From positions 17,112,001 to 17,176,000 of the forward strand of contig JBHGNT010000018.1 in assembly GCA_043228905.1 (NCBI GenBank): DNA of 64,000 nt. The letters are read 5' to 3'. Source of the DNA: Azolla caroliniana. Its lineage: Eukaryota; Plantae; Polypodiophyta. The notes beneath the pieces were generated by a model. The model did not search any database. It had not been told where the DNA came from and worked only from the letters and a program-made list of their open reading frames with translations. The first letter of the stretch is position 1, and every line of letters begins with the position of its first letter. Below, piece after piece: positions 48,969 through 62,200 of this stretch. A program made the translations under genes and the position numbers.

Positions 48969-51900
48969 GTCTTCGTATGACCAGCAAACACGTTACGAAA
49001 TTCTGTGAGAAGTGTGATCATCGCCGTTTTGTCTTCGGACTTCATCGTCTTGGCGATGTGCACTGGTTTTGCTTCGTCCGTGGTCCCTAGGTTCACCTCT
49101 TCAAGTTGCGACGCTTTTACGCGCTGTGAAACGGCCATCTCCCGTTCCAACGCTTCCTGCGCTTGCCGTAACTCTCGGATTGCGTCCTTATCTGGTTCTG
49201 CTTCAGTCTCTTTCGGCTGCGGTAAGTATGGTCTTACTGCTTCGGCAATGTCAATTTCGAAGAGGGGTACGATCTTCGGGTTTTCCTGCAAGTACTGAGC
49301 TTCTTCTTCGTCAGCTAACCCTTCTAGCATGTTGACGCACTCTGCATACAACGGTGTACATTCCTTGCAAGTGCTCGTCCTTGGCTGTGTTGGTACACGT
49401 ACCTTGGCTTTTCCTCGCCGAAAGATAATTATATTTTTCCTCCAATTCTTTTTGATATGTGCCGTTTTCAACCACGGCCGCCCCAGCAATAGCGGGTACG
49501 CGCCTTGTGGCTGTAGTTGTAGCACTACTGCCGAGATGTGAAATGTATGACCGCCAACGGTGACTTCTAATTTTCATATTAATCCTGTCGGCCGCACTGA
49601 GCTTGTATCGGCCATCCGTAACCAGAACGGACACGGCTCCCACTCGTGGATTCCCAAGGCATCACACGTCCAGAGGCTTATTACATTCACACCGGAGCCT
49701 CCGTCTATTACTGTGTCGGGGAGTTCTTTCCCTTTTACAATGGCAGTAATTACCGGACTGTTGGTGTCCACCACCATTGGTCCCTCCTCCGGATTCGAGA
49801 AGAGTACCGGTGCCGGTGATGATTCTCCTCCTGTCATGGCTGTCTTCAGTCCTTTCGTGAATCTCGGCATGAGCTGTAGGAGTCTTCCTAATGGCAGCGT
49901 AATCTGGCATTCTTGCAATGCCTGCCATGTCTCGTTCTCGGAGTGACTGCCGCCGGCAAGCCCTACGGTGTTCTCCTTTTGCCGCTCTAAGTCTATTACG
50001 TTTTGCTCGTTTGCTTTCTTCACCCATTCCGTCGCTTGCTTTCGGATGGTCTCCTGCGTCTCCCATTCCTTGGCCATGCCCTTCGACCTTGTGGTCACCT
50101 GCTGCAGATCTGCCACTTCAGGGACTACCATATTTACTGCCGGTCATTTGTCATAGCTATTCGCCGGGCATTGGTTACTATAATGGCCTTCCTGTCGGCA
50201 GTAGTAGCAGTAGGCTTTCCGGGTATTGCTAGATTCGGCATTGTTTGTTGTACCCGGGGCAGGTCTTGTGGTAAGCGCGGGGTTTTGGGCCGGTTGGCTG
50301 CTTGAAGCTCCTTGTTCTGGATCCCGTGGGTGGCCGCCTTTTTTGAAATGCCATTTTTTGTTATAGTTCTTCTTATTGCGGTACTCTTGACAAGGTTGGT
50401 CGTTATATCTACCGTATTCCTCCCATTGCTGACGATACCCGGGGGAGTGCTCCCGGTCGTAATGTTCGTATCGTCTATTGTAATCCTGGTACCGATCATA
50501 TCTATCGTACCGGTCGTAGTTATCCCGCCGATCACCGTACCGGACATCATTCTCCCATCGATCGCCATACCGGACATCCTGTGCCGGTCGGTCGCGGTCC
50601 ATTAGCCGCCATCGTTCCTCTTCTTCATCGTGGCTCTATTTGTCGGACGGGCAGTGCTTGCCGGTTCAATAGATTATACTCGCACCTATCCGTCGTATGG
50701 CCCTTGGATTGACAGATTACACATTGCGTCCTCATAGTGCATTATAGTGTTGAGTGTCCGGAATTCAAGCAGGTTGTGCACTGTATTGCTTGCTGAAATC
50801 GGAGGTCTTCATCGGACGGTAACGCCTGTTGGAGTGCCCCCTGTGTGAACCATGAGCTTGTCTTTTCCATCTCTCTCACCCGGTCAATGACCTGGTTGAT
50901 GGTACTTGTGCGGAAGTCAATTACTGTGCAAACCGTGCATAGGGGTTCCCAGAGCGCATTTAGGAGTATAGTCTGTAATTCCTCCTCCGGGGGTGCGCGG
51001 GCAAGCTGACTATGCATCCGTTGAAACCGGATGACAAACTGGGGAATGCTCTCCCCTGCCTCCTGTCGGATGGTATAAAACAAGCCCACCATTACTGTCT
51101 GGTCCACCTCCTGGTGGAAAAAATGCAAGAATTTAGCTTTAAAATCTGCGAAGGTGGTGATGGTAGACGGGTCCTGCGTCCGGTGCCATCTTGTTGCCGG
51201 TCCCTCCAATGTGACGCCAAATTCCGCTATCTTAGAGCGTTCCTCTTCCTCCGGGGTCAATCGATGGGACACATGGTTTGCTTCCCATGTCTGTTCAAAG
51301 GCGTGAACATGAGCTTCCGAGTTCGGATCATCTCTATACTTGGAGTACTGGAACGACATGTCGTCGTCCGGTATCGGTGCGCGGGCTGGTGGTGTTGGTG
51401 GTCGTTCCTGGTTTTTCTCTGGTGTCGGTGGTCTTTCCTCTTGTTTTGGTGACGGAGGCCTCTCCTCGTCGACTTCCGGTGTCGGAGGTCGCTCTTCCTT
51501 TGGTTTTGGTTCCGGAGGTTCCAGCCTTAGCACTTCCGGTTTCGGTGTCGGTAAGGTGTCCGATCCTTCGTCCTCCAGTCCGGTCGGGGTGTCGTTGCTA
51601 CTACGGTAGTTCGTGTGCACGCTGTATCCCCCTTCGGAATCCGATTCATACGCTGAAAAGGCTTCTGCTTCGCCTTCTCCGCTTGCCAACACCTAGAGAA
51701 GGGATTCGGTTTCCCGGAGGCTGCTTAGGCTGCTGCCGTCGTCCGGGTGCGATGTTTGCTGTAACCAGAGGGACTCCTCCGCTACTCTCTGGATTACGTT
51801 GGAAAACGAGCGATCCACTCTAATTTCCTACGCCGCTTGCTGGAAAGCCTCACGTCTCCTTTGCCTTTCGGCAATGCGTCGAGTTCGATCTATAACTAGG

Positions 51901-53031
51901 TCGTGCGTTGATCTAGTCATCCATTCATGCCGTCGTTCGCTGCAAAAACAGGAATCGTGGTTGCCAAAAACTGTGTTAACTCTTAGGGCCGGACAATGGC
52001 CTAACACAGGGTGTCTACGGAAGACACTTCACCAAAGGGGTGTTACGGCAAGAGGATTAGGCTCAACGATTAATCCGACTTAATTAGGTTACTTAGCAAG
52101 ATCATCCTTAATAATCACACGCGTAAGATATAACAATGAATGCAGAACGACAATTAACACAGAGAGATAAAAACACTAAGCTTCATTAATTATCCACTGA
52201 ACATTACATTGCATTCGGGCCTTTAAATAGGTTTCCGGTTTGTAGTACAAAACGGTGCCATCCGCACTTGTTCGGGATCGGTCCGGATCCGGAACGGCAT
52301 ACCGATTCCGGTTCGTCCGTCCACACTAATAGCTCACTTACAACCATTCCTTAATAATTAAATAACTCCTTCATTTCACACTCTGGACTCCTTTGCCGGC
52401 CGGTAACATTATGTCGTGAAAATCCGTCACTATGTGCGGATCGTGAGGCGGAACCGTCGGGGTTATGGATGGGAAGGAAATAGGGCTTACACGCACAACA
52501 CAAGGAAGGCTTACACAAACAAGGCACGAGTATTCGAACGTGTTTGCAAAAAGGAGAGGTGCATGGGCAAGCCCGAATCAACCCCTAGTCACAAGGCGAA
52601 CGAAGGCACACGAGGAAGGCTTACACACGAACACACAAGGAAAAGGCTTACTCACACACACGAGAGACAAATTTTTGAATGCCTTTGTGAAAAGAGAGGT
52701 GCATGGGCAAGCCCAAACGCTCCCTTGTTACAAAACACACAAATACACAAGCAAGTTTTATACACGGAGAGACAATTTCAAACGCCTTTATGAAAGGAGA
52801 CGTGCATGGGCAAGCCCGAACGCTGCCTTGCCACAAGTCGCACGAACACACAAGCAAGGGTTACACATGGGAGAAACAATTTCGAACACCTTTGTGAAAG
52901 GAGAGGTGCATGGGCAAGCCCGAACGCTGTATTGCCACAGGTCGCTCGAACACACAAGCAAGGTTTACACACGAGAGATACAATTTCAAACGCCTTTGTG
53001 AAAGGAGAGGTGCATGGGCAAGCCCGAACGC

Positions 53032-55912
53032 CGTCGTGATGTGGTGTGTTGAGTGCGAGAAAAAGTCAAAAAGTGAGGATACACACACATTTCACAAATA
53101 CTTGTAAAAATGAAAACAAATCAATAATAAATAAACCTAGGGCCTAATGGCATTGAGTGCGTATAGAAGGTTGCAAATAAGATTTGAACTTGCACCTCCA
53201 AGATAGGAGGCAATTAACTTACCAGTAAAGCTACTATATTTGCCTACTATATTTAGTATTCCATAGGTCCAAACAAATGTACAAAACCGTGTGCACAAAA
53301 CCATGGTTTTTAAGCCTATAGTTTTGTGCATGCTAGAAGAAAAACAGTGTGTCCAAAAACTATGGGTCCAAGCCCATGGTTTTGTGGATGTTAGAAGCAT
53401 GGATAGTCCTATAAAAACGCTTGTAAGGCTTGTGTAAGGGGGGGGGGGGGGGGGATCAATTTGGAGATCATCATCATCATCATCATCAACAATAATATAA
53501 TACTCTTCTTATTCTTCTTCTTGACATCTATCTTCTTCTCAAGTGTAAAATCTTCAATCTTCTCAAGTGTAATAGTGTTTCCTTTTTGTCAACTCCTACA
53601 TACACATCGTCATCTTTTCGACAATTTCGCGAACGTCCTCCCTGGTCAGAGACCCCGGTGGTTCCGCTCAAGCGAAGCACGCATGCATGAGCATCTTCAT
53701 GAAGAACGGTAGGGGAGGATGAAGATGGACGAGGAATATCTCATGGAGGCAATGTCAAAGATGATAATGGAATTTTCAAGAGAAGGGAAAAGACGAGATA
53801 TGGCCCAACAAGCTGTCGACCCTCCCTGGTCAGAGACCCCGGTGGTTCCGCTCAAGCGAAGCACACATGCATGAGCATCTTCATGAAGAACGGTAGGGGA
53901 GGATGAAGATGGACGAGGAATATCTCATGGTGGCAATGTCAAAGATGATAATGGAATTTCAGAACACATATTGTGTCCGAAATATCGAGTGATGAAGGTG
54001 CAAGAATGAGAAAAGCTTGCGTGATCAAGGGAGATAAAGAGCGCGATGTTGATGTGATTGAGGCGGTAGCCATGAGGAACGACATCAAGTCGGAGATGGC
54101 TATGGACAAGTCCACGACGGATGACCGTGTCGAGACTTTCCCAACACTTGATCTAGAGACTTGGGCAGTTGCATCCGAGAGCCAACATGAGACCCAAGAG
54201 ACGGAAAGAGGTGAGGAATCAAATATTAAAGCCAATGCGAATAATAACGTTGAGGGAAAGATGGCTATGGATGATTCGACGGTGACTAATGGTGCCGAGG
54301 TTCTCCCCACAATTGTTCCTGAAACTTCGGCAGTTGTGCCCGAGTGCCAACGTGAGACCGGAGAGACGGAAGGTGACGACATGAAATCGAAGGACCAAAA
54401 CGGTGATGGGGAGGATGGCCATAGATGAAGGGATCCCTCCACACAAGTTCCGGAGACTTCGGCAGTTGTGCCTGAGAGCCAACATATGACCAGAGAGATG
54501 GAAGGTGGCGGCAAGGAGATGAGGGTTGAAGCTAGCGCATACTGAGGAACGATGGCCAACAAGGAGGCCAAAAACAAAGCTACAATAGAGTTCGATGAAG
54601 AGCTAGAGAGAGGCAAGAAAGGAAGAACCAAAATACAATCTGGATGGAAGATGCCGCGGTTGGTATTTTGACCCGAACGGAAGCCGACCCAGACGGGAGT
54701 TGATCAACTGAGCCCGACCCAATCGATCGTCTGAGTCCGATTCAGCCGAATGCGAATCCGGACAAAGGCCGACCAAGCCAAAAGCTGATTGTTTGAGACC
54801 GATCCAGATAGAAGTTGAGCCGGCCTAGCCGGAGGTCGAAGCAGACGAGCCGCAACACCCGGTCGAGGCTGGTGAGCATGAGGAAAGGAAAGCATAAGAC
54901 GAGAAATGATGATCAGAGGAATTTTGATGACCAAGGAGATGGTCGGGACGAAGGTGGCACATATACGATGCATAAAGGGTTATGCTCAAGAGGAGCAAAA
55001 GGGGCTATGACAAGTGGTCATGGCAATGCGAAGGGTGAACGAATGATATGGTGGATCAGATGGCAATGACGGTTTGGGTAGAGACTAGAGACATGTTCGA
55101 AGTAGAGGACAAAAAGACGGTGCGGACAAGGCGAAAGAAAGGAGGAAATCAAAGACCAACCACCTTTGACCCCGCCACATCACTCCTTTCTTCTTGGCAC
55201 ATACCGGAGGATGTGCGGTTTGGTGGGGGTGGATGTCGTGATGTGGTGTGTTTAGTGCGAGAAAAAGTCAAAAAGTGAGGATACACACACATTTCACAAA
55301 TACTTGTAAAAATGAAAATAAATCAATAATAAATAAACCTAGGGCCTAATGACATTGAGTGCGTATAGAAGGGTGCAAGTAAGATTTGAACCTTACACCT
55401 CCAAGATAGGAGGCAATTAACTTACTAGTAAAGCTACTATCAAGTACTCTAAATTTTGTATATTTCCTTACCATATTATTCCATAGGTCCAAACAAATGT
55501 ACAAAACCGTGTGCACAAAACCATGGTTTTTAAGCCTATAGTTTTGTGCATGCTAGAAGAAAAACCGTGTGTCCAAAAACTATGGGTCCAAGCCCATGGT
55601 TTTGTGGACGTTAGAAGCATGGATAGTCCTATAAAAACCCTTGTAAGCCGTGTGTAAGGGGGGGGATCAATTTGGAGATCATCGTCATTATCAACAACAA
55701 TAATATAATACTCTTCTTATTCTTCTTCTTGACATCTATCTTCTTCTCAAGTGTAAAATCTTCGATCTTCTCAAGTGTAATAGTGTTTCCTTTTCCTCAA
55801 CTCCTACATACACATCGTCATCTTTTCAACAATTTCGCGAACGTCCTCCCCGGTCTGAGACCCCGGTGGTCCCGCTCAAGCGAAGCACGCATGCACATGC
55901 ATCTTCGCGACA
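53032..55912 (+). mobile_element. Element J: internally deleted non-autonomous LTR element related to B, inserted in G's 5' LTR
   Basis: LTRs 53032-~53702 and 55234-55912, TSD ACGC, PPT 55217-55233. PETSAVV-repeat region homologous to B. PBS and gag N-terminus deleted. Confidence 0.88.
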
Positions 55913-57620
55913 ACGCTCCCTTGCTACAAGTTGCACGAACACACAAGCAAGACACGTAAGTTTGAATGCCTTTGTGAAAGGAGAGATGCATGGGCAAGCC
56001 CGAAACGCTCCCTTGTCACAAGACACACAAGAAAATAAGCACAAACGACAATAACATATAAGACATGTAGGTTTGAATGCCTCTGTGAAAGGAGAGGTGC
56101 ATGGGCAAGCCCGAAATGCTCCCTTGTCACAAGACATACAAACAAATAAGCACAATCAAGATTTACACATAAGACAAGTAGATGAAAGAAAACATTAGTT
56201 TATATCAATATAATAGATTCTTTTATAATATAAGAATCCTGTTACAATGGGTTGGATGCGAATATGAAGGATTGTTTATAAATGAATGGGGGAAGAGAGG
56301 TGGAGGAAAGAAGAGAGTGGAGTATAGATGGAGTTTCTTTGTTGATGATGCCTCTTGATGTTGTTGATCCTTCTTCTTCCAGTTTCCAATTGAGTAGAGC
56401 TTCCGCGTTCCTTCTCCCTCCCCCCCTTCTTCACTAGAATAGGCTCTTATTTATAGGTTTAGGATTGCTTGCCTTTTTCTCCTAAAAAAAAGCTTGTCTA
56501 TATGAGTCGACTTTTCTTTTCCTCACTATTTCTGTTTTCTAGCCCCAAATTTCAGATGCAAGATATTCTTGGAAAGTTGTTTGGGTTAGCTTTCTTATAC
56601 ATCTTTTCTTTTCTAATTTGGACATGTAACGAGGAAATTATGAGCTTTGGGTTTCACACTATGTGTTAGAAACATTACAACAACGGTAACCCTTTGCGAG
56701 GCTTCCATTTCTTTCTCGAATGTTTCTCGTGCTCTACGTAGCTCCAACATAGAGTCAGGATCAGGTTCGTATTCATCTTCTTGGGGCGTACTCACTAGCG
56801 GCCTCGAGGACGCCAATTTTGAATAATGGTATTATTCGCAAGCTTTCGTCGAGGTACGCTTGCAGTTTTGAATAATGATGCAGTTATGCTGCCAGTTTTG
56901 CTTGATATTAGCAGATTGTAACCATGATCTGCCTAACAAAATTGGGTATGCTCTTGGGACGTCTGGCGCGAGCACGATCGCAGAAATCTCAAAATGATGG
57001 CCGCCGACTACGATCTCTAGCTTCCGAATTAAACCTAAAGGTGTGACGGAGCGGGTGTCTGCCATTCGGAGCCAGAATGGGCATGCTTCCAAGTTTGTAA
57101 TGCCCATCCTAGCACAAGTGGTTTTACTAATGACATTTACCCCGGAACCACCATCCACAATGCATCCCGTTGTTTCTTGGCCCTAAAGTACCACTTTGAT
57201 GGCTGGGTTATGGTGATCTACCACTATTGGACTGGTATTGGACTCTGTGTAGTTAGCTGATATTTCCAGTCCGGCGATGCCCCGTATGCGATTCTCTACC
57301 ACCTGTTGAAACCGTGGAACAAGTAGTAATAGCTTATCCATGGTCAACGTGATTTCGCAATCCGCGAGAGCTTGCCATGTATCGGGTCTGGTGATAATGT
57401 CTTATCATCGCTCTGCGTGGTGGCAAGAATCATCCGCTCCGTGTTAGCCTCGTTTGCTTTCTCTGCATGGTGGTGCTCGTTGATTGTTGCCTCATCCGCT
57501 CCGTGTTAGCCTTGTTTGCTTTCTCTACCCAGGCCTGAGCCGCTTTGCGTATGCCCTCTTGTTCTGCTCATTATGTGTTTTTCGCCTGACTGCGTGTTGT
57601 GACCTGCTTGACATCCGCTG

Positions 57621-58587
57621 TGATGGAGAGAATAGCGTGGAATATTGCTCGGCCACAATCGAGTCTTGAATCACTTCAATGAGAATGAAACACATAAATG
57701 GGAAGTGGAGAGTACACCAACAAAAGAAAGGTACACATGATGTTTACGTGGAAGACCCTAAGTGGGAAAAACCACGGGAGCCCAAGGACTCCAACTATCA
57801 CTATAGGAGAAAGATACAATCAGAGCTTCGGAGGCAACGGCCCTGAGCTCTGTATCTTCGCCACCTGGTGGTTACAACAGAGTATCTCTCTGTATCTCAC
57901 ACACACTCTCTCTCTCTGTCACTCTCTATACAACAGTTACAACAACATGACAACAACAACAACAACATCATAATACAAAGTGATTGCCCTAAGTCATATT
58001 TATACTTATATGAACTTAGGGCTATTTACAAATATAGCCTCAATAGGCTTACTCAAAACATATTTACAAATATGCCATCTCTTCCGGTTCTCACCCGGTC
58101 CACCGATCCGATTTTTGGATCTCTTCCGATTCTCACCGGGTCCTCTTCATTCACAACCGGATCCCATCCGGAAGTACCGACTTCCCCACAATCTCCCCCT
58201 TCACTTTGAGATGGGATGTCTCGCTAGCCCGATTTGCTTTCGGCACACGTCCAGCTTGTCGGTTGTTAGCACCTTGGTTAGCATGTCCGACCCATTCTCC
58301 TCCGTGTGGATCTTCGTCAACATGAACTCTTGATCTTCTACTCTCTCCTAGATCCAGTGGTACCTCCGCTGGATATGTTTCGTCCGGGAATGGTAAGCCA
58401 CATTCTTTGCAAGGTGGATGGCACTTTGACTATTGCAGTAGAGCCAATATTCCTCTTACTGGATCCCCAGCTCTCTGATGAAGTTCTTCATCAAGATTAT
58501 CTCCTTGCCGGCTTCCACAACTGCCATGTACTCCGCCTCTGTGATTGACAATGCAACCGTCTTCTGCAACCTCGACTGCCACGAAAC
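57621..58587 (-). mobile_element. Element L: Copia 3' LTR (~57621-58190), PPT and RNase H end; interrupted by M
   Basis: atctccccct follows the LTR. RH peptide VSWQSRLQKTVALSITEAEY closely resembles M. Left boundary uncertain by about 2 nt. Confidence 0.8.
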
Positions 58588-59045
58588 TGACGGGAACCCA
58601 ACGTTCCTTATGCGCAACGCTCGGCCACAACCGAGATTCTTTTCATACACAGAAAACGGGAAGTAGAACACGACACAAAGAAGAGAAATGGTACACAGGA
58701 GGTTAACGTGGAAAACCCCAAACTAGGGGAAAAACCACGGCAGCCCACAGGCTGCAAACTGTCACTACGTATGAATGTACAAAATAGTGAGTACACGGAG
58801 GCAACGACCTCGGACTCACGATCTTCGCCACAGGCGGCGGTTACAACAGAGGCAACGACCTCGTCTCTCTCTCTCTCTGTGTGTACAGTTACGCACTCTC
58901 TCTTCTTCTTGCACCAACAAGGAAGAATAACAACAACATCAGATAGTTTGCCCTAAGTCATATTTATACTAATATGACTTTTCGGCTATTTACAAATATA
59001 GCCTCGATGGGCTCTCAGAAACATATTTACGAATATGTCTCTTCC

Positions 59046-59237
59046 TCCGGTTCATACCGGGCCTGCACCATCCGGCTCTCCGTAGCCAGGTACTCCTCAT
59101 CCGGTTCATACTGGGCCTACACCATCCGGCTCTCCGTAGCCGGGTACTCCTCATCCGGTTCATACCGGGCCTGCACCATCCGGCTCTCCGTAGCCGGGTA
59201 CTCCTCATCCGGTTCATACCGGGCCTGCACCATCCGG
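59046..59237. repeat. 54-bp CCGG-rich tandem repeat (about 3.5 copies) in M's LTR; also 63814-64000
   Basis: ccggttcata occurs at 59047, 59101, 59155 and 59209. Confidence 0.92.
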
Positions 59238-59266
59238 AGGGACCTGTTTCCCAACAAACTCCCCCT

Positions 59267-62200
59267 TCACTCCGGCATGGGGTGTATTACCAACCCGATC
59301 TTCTTCCGGCATGCATCCAGCTTGTCGGGTTTCAACACTTTGGTCAGCATATCTAACCCGTTCTCGGCCGTGTGGATCTTCGTCAGTGCGAACTCCTGGT
59401 CATCTACTCTTTCCCGGATCCAGTGATACCTCCGCTGGATATGCTTCGTCCGGGAATGGTAGGCCGCATTTTTAGCAAGGTGGATGACACTTTGACTGTC
59501 GCAATAGAGTCGGTATTCCTCTTGCCATATACCGAGCTCTCTGATGAAGTCCTTCATCCATAAAATTTCCTTGCCGACTTTCACAGCCGCCATGTACTCC
59601 GCCTCCGTGGTTGACAATGCAACCGTCTTTTGCAGCCTCGACTGCCACGAAACAGCTCCCCCTGCATATGTCATTACATACCCGGATGTAGACCGGCTGG
59701 TATCCACATCAGCCGACATGTCTGAATCGGTGAAACCGTCCAGTTGAGGTTTTCCGGAACCGAATCGGAGACACATATTTGAAGTGCCCTTCAAATACCG
59801 GAGTATCCACTTGATCGCGTTCCAGTGCTCTTTGCCGGGATTGCTCATAAACCGGCTCACCACTCCGACTCCGTATCCAATGTCCGGTCGGGTACAGACC
59901 ATTGCGTACATCAAGCTCCCGTCGGCAGAGGCATATGGAATCTTCATCATGTCAGCCTTCTCAGCTTTCTTCTTCGGGCTTTGCTTACCGGATAACCTAC
60001 AGTTTGCCGGAAGTGTCGATCCGACCGGTTTCGCTTTTGAGATGTTGAACCGGTGAAGCACCTTTGTCACATACTTCTCCTGTGACAACCATAGTTGCTT
60101 CTTTAACCGGTCCCGAATGTGCATCCCCAACATCTGTGTTGCCGGACCCAAGTCTTTCATTGAGAAGGTCCGGTTTAGAGCCTTCTTCAGCATCCGTATT
60201 TTGACTTGGTCACGTCTGACGATCAACATGTCATCCACGTATAGGAGGAGTATTAAGAAGTCACCTCCTTCGAACTTCTTCACAAACACACAGTGATCGG
60301 CCTGTGTCTTGTGGTACCCTTGATTTGTCATGAAGGTGTCGATCTTTCAGTACCATTGTCGGGGAGCCTGCTTCAGTCCGGACAGGCTCTTCTTCAACCG
60401 GCATAGCAGGTGCTCCTTCCCTTTCTTCACGAATCCTTCCGGTTGCTGCATGTAGATCTCCTCTTCGAGGTCGCCGTGAAGGAATGCCGTCTTCACGTCC
60501 AGCTGCTCTACCTCGAGGTCCATGCTTGCTGCTATACTCAGCACTGTCCGGATGGAGGTCATCTTTACTACTGGGGCAAAGATCTCGTCGAAGTCCACGC
60601 CCTTCTTTTGCTGGAACCCCTTCACCACAATCCTGGCTTTGTATCTCGGGGGGTTGCCGGCATCTCCCGGTTTCAACTTGTACACCCACTTGTTTCGGAG
60701 TGCCCGCTTTCCTTTCGGCAACTTCACCAATTCGTATGTATGGTTCTCATGCAGGGAATCCATCTCGTCCGGCATGGCACTTAACCATTTTCGGCTGTGG
60801 GTGTCTTCCCTCACTTCTTCGAAGCTTTCCGGCTCCCCCTCATCGGTCAGCAGAACATGCTCTGCATTCGGAAATCTCCGGGGGGCCCTTCTCTCTCTGA
60901 GAGGATATCTATGTCTTCGGGCTTCGGTAACCGGCTCCTCCATTTGCTCTTCATCCGAATCCGATTCGGGGTCTTGGCCGGTTCCGGTCTCAGCTTCCTC
61001 TACCTCTTCTTCTGCCAGTTCGGTATCCTCACCGTAACCGGCTGGTTCCTCGAGTGCTAACCGGTCTCTTTCCGGTTGGGTCTGCTCATCGTAGAGTCTA
61101 TCCTTACTGGTCGACTCAGAGTTCATTATCTTCTTCTCCGACTCCCAGTCGGCGAGCGTCTTGTCCTCCATGAAGATAATATCTCGACTCCGGAATACCT
61201 TCTTGTCGACCGGGTCCCACACTCGGTAGCCGAACTCATCGTCACCGTAACCGAGGAATATGCATGGCCGGGTCTTTGGATCTAGCTTTCCTCTCCGGTC
61301 CTTAGCTACATGCACGTACGCGAGACACCCGAACACCTTCAGATGCCGGTAGGATACTTCCTTACCGGTCCACACTCTCTGTGGCGTGTCTTCGTCCAAG
61401 GGTACTGAGGGTGATCTATTTATCACGTATGTCGCCGTCGACAGTGCCTCAGCCCAAAACTTCTTGGGTAGTTTTGCATGCGCTAGCATACTCCGGACCC
61501 TCTCCATTATGGTCCGGTTCATCCTCTCGGCCAGTCCGTTTAGTTCCGGCGTCTTCGGCACGGTAAATTCGAGTCGGATTCCCTTCGAGCGGCAGTACTC
61601 CTCGAACTGCCCCTGGTATTCTCCTCCGCTGTCTGCTCGAACTGCCTTCAGCTTCCGGACGGTTTCTCTTTCCACTCTCGCGTGGAGCTCTTTGAAGACG
61701 GATAACACTTGATCCTTCGTCTTCAGCGGTGTGGCCCACAGCTTCCAGCTGTGGTCATCTATGAACGTCACGAAGTACTGCACTCCGGCATGTGACTTCG
61801 TGTCTACTTGACACACATCCGTATGCACCAACTCCAGTGGTGCATTACGTCTCATCGGTGGCCTTGGTCGGAAGGAGCTCCGGTTCTGCTTACCGGCCAG
61901 ACAATCAGTGCACTTCTCTAAGTGCAGGTTCTTCACTGGAATGAGGTTGTCGTCTGCAAGCCTCTTCATCCCCTTCTCGCTCATATGACATAGCCTCTTG
62001 TGCCACAGCTCACCGGCAGTGTCGGATGCCACGTTCACTTCTTCCGGAAATAACCGGGCATTCATCAGGTACAACGTGTTTACCTTCCGGGCCCGAGCCA
62101 CAATCAGGCTCCCTTTGCTGAACTTCATGACACCGTTCCGGATGCTACCCGTGTAGCCTTCATCATCTAGCTGACCGGCTGATATCAGGTTCAGACAAAC

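Larger units (their letters stand above)
45115..52408 (-). mobile_element. Element I: Gypsy element of the K/E type, 3'-truncated, inserted at G's PBS
   Basis: 5' LTR 51974-52408 (TGTTA...TAACA), PBS-like rc TGGCAACCACG. Gag with CYYCRQEGHYSNQC, PR IDGGSGVNVI, RT-RH-IN ORF 46317-48968, extra ORF 45178-46068. No 3' LTR. Confidence 0.88.
38427..56682 (-). mobile_element. Element G: degenerate Gypsy element related to D, with long repeat-containing LTRs
   Basis: LTRs 38427-40190 and 52412-56682 (the latter interrupted by J), TSD GCGG/ACGG, PPT from 40191. Gag/PR/RT/IN fragments 45114-40252 are homologous to D. RNase H is deleted near 41545. Confidence 0.9.
7041..57620 (-). mobile_element. Element K: large non-chromovirus (Athila/Tat-like) Gypsy element, host of C, E, G and L; 5' end lies beyond L/M
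   Basis: 3' LTR 7041-7508 is homologous to E's LTR. Reading frames rejoin across the insertions: gag-PR 57620-56683, RT-RH-IN 38426-36237, IN 29338-28700, extra ORF 28587-28259 plus 10408-7559. Confidence 0.8.

Noticed and set aside
58974-59426. ORFs with 18-aa repeats
   Set aside because: By-product of the 54-bp LTR tandem repeat.
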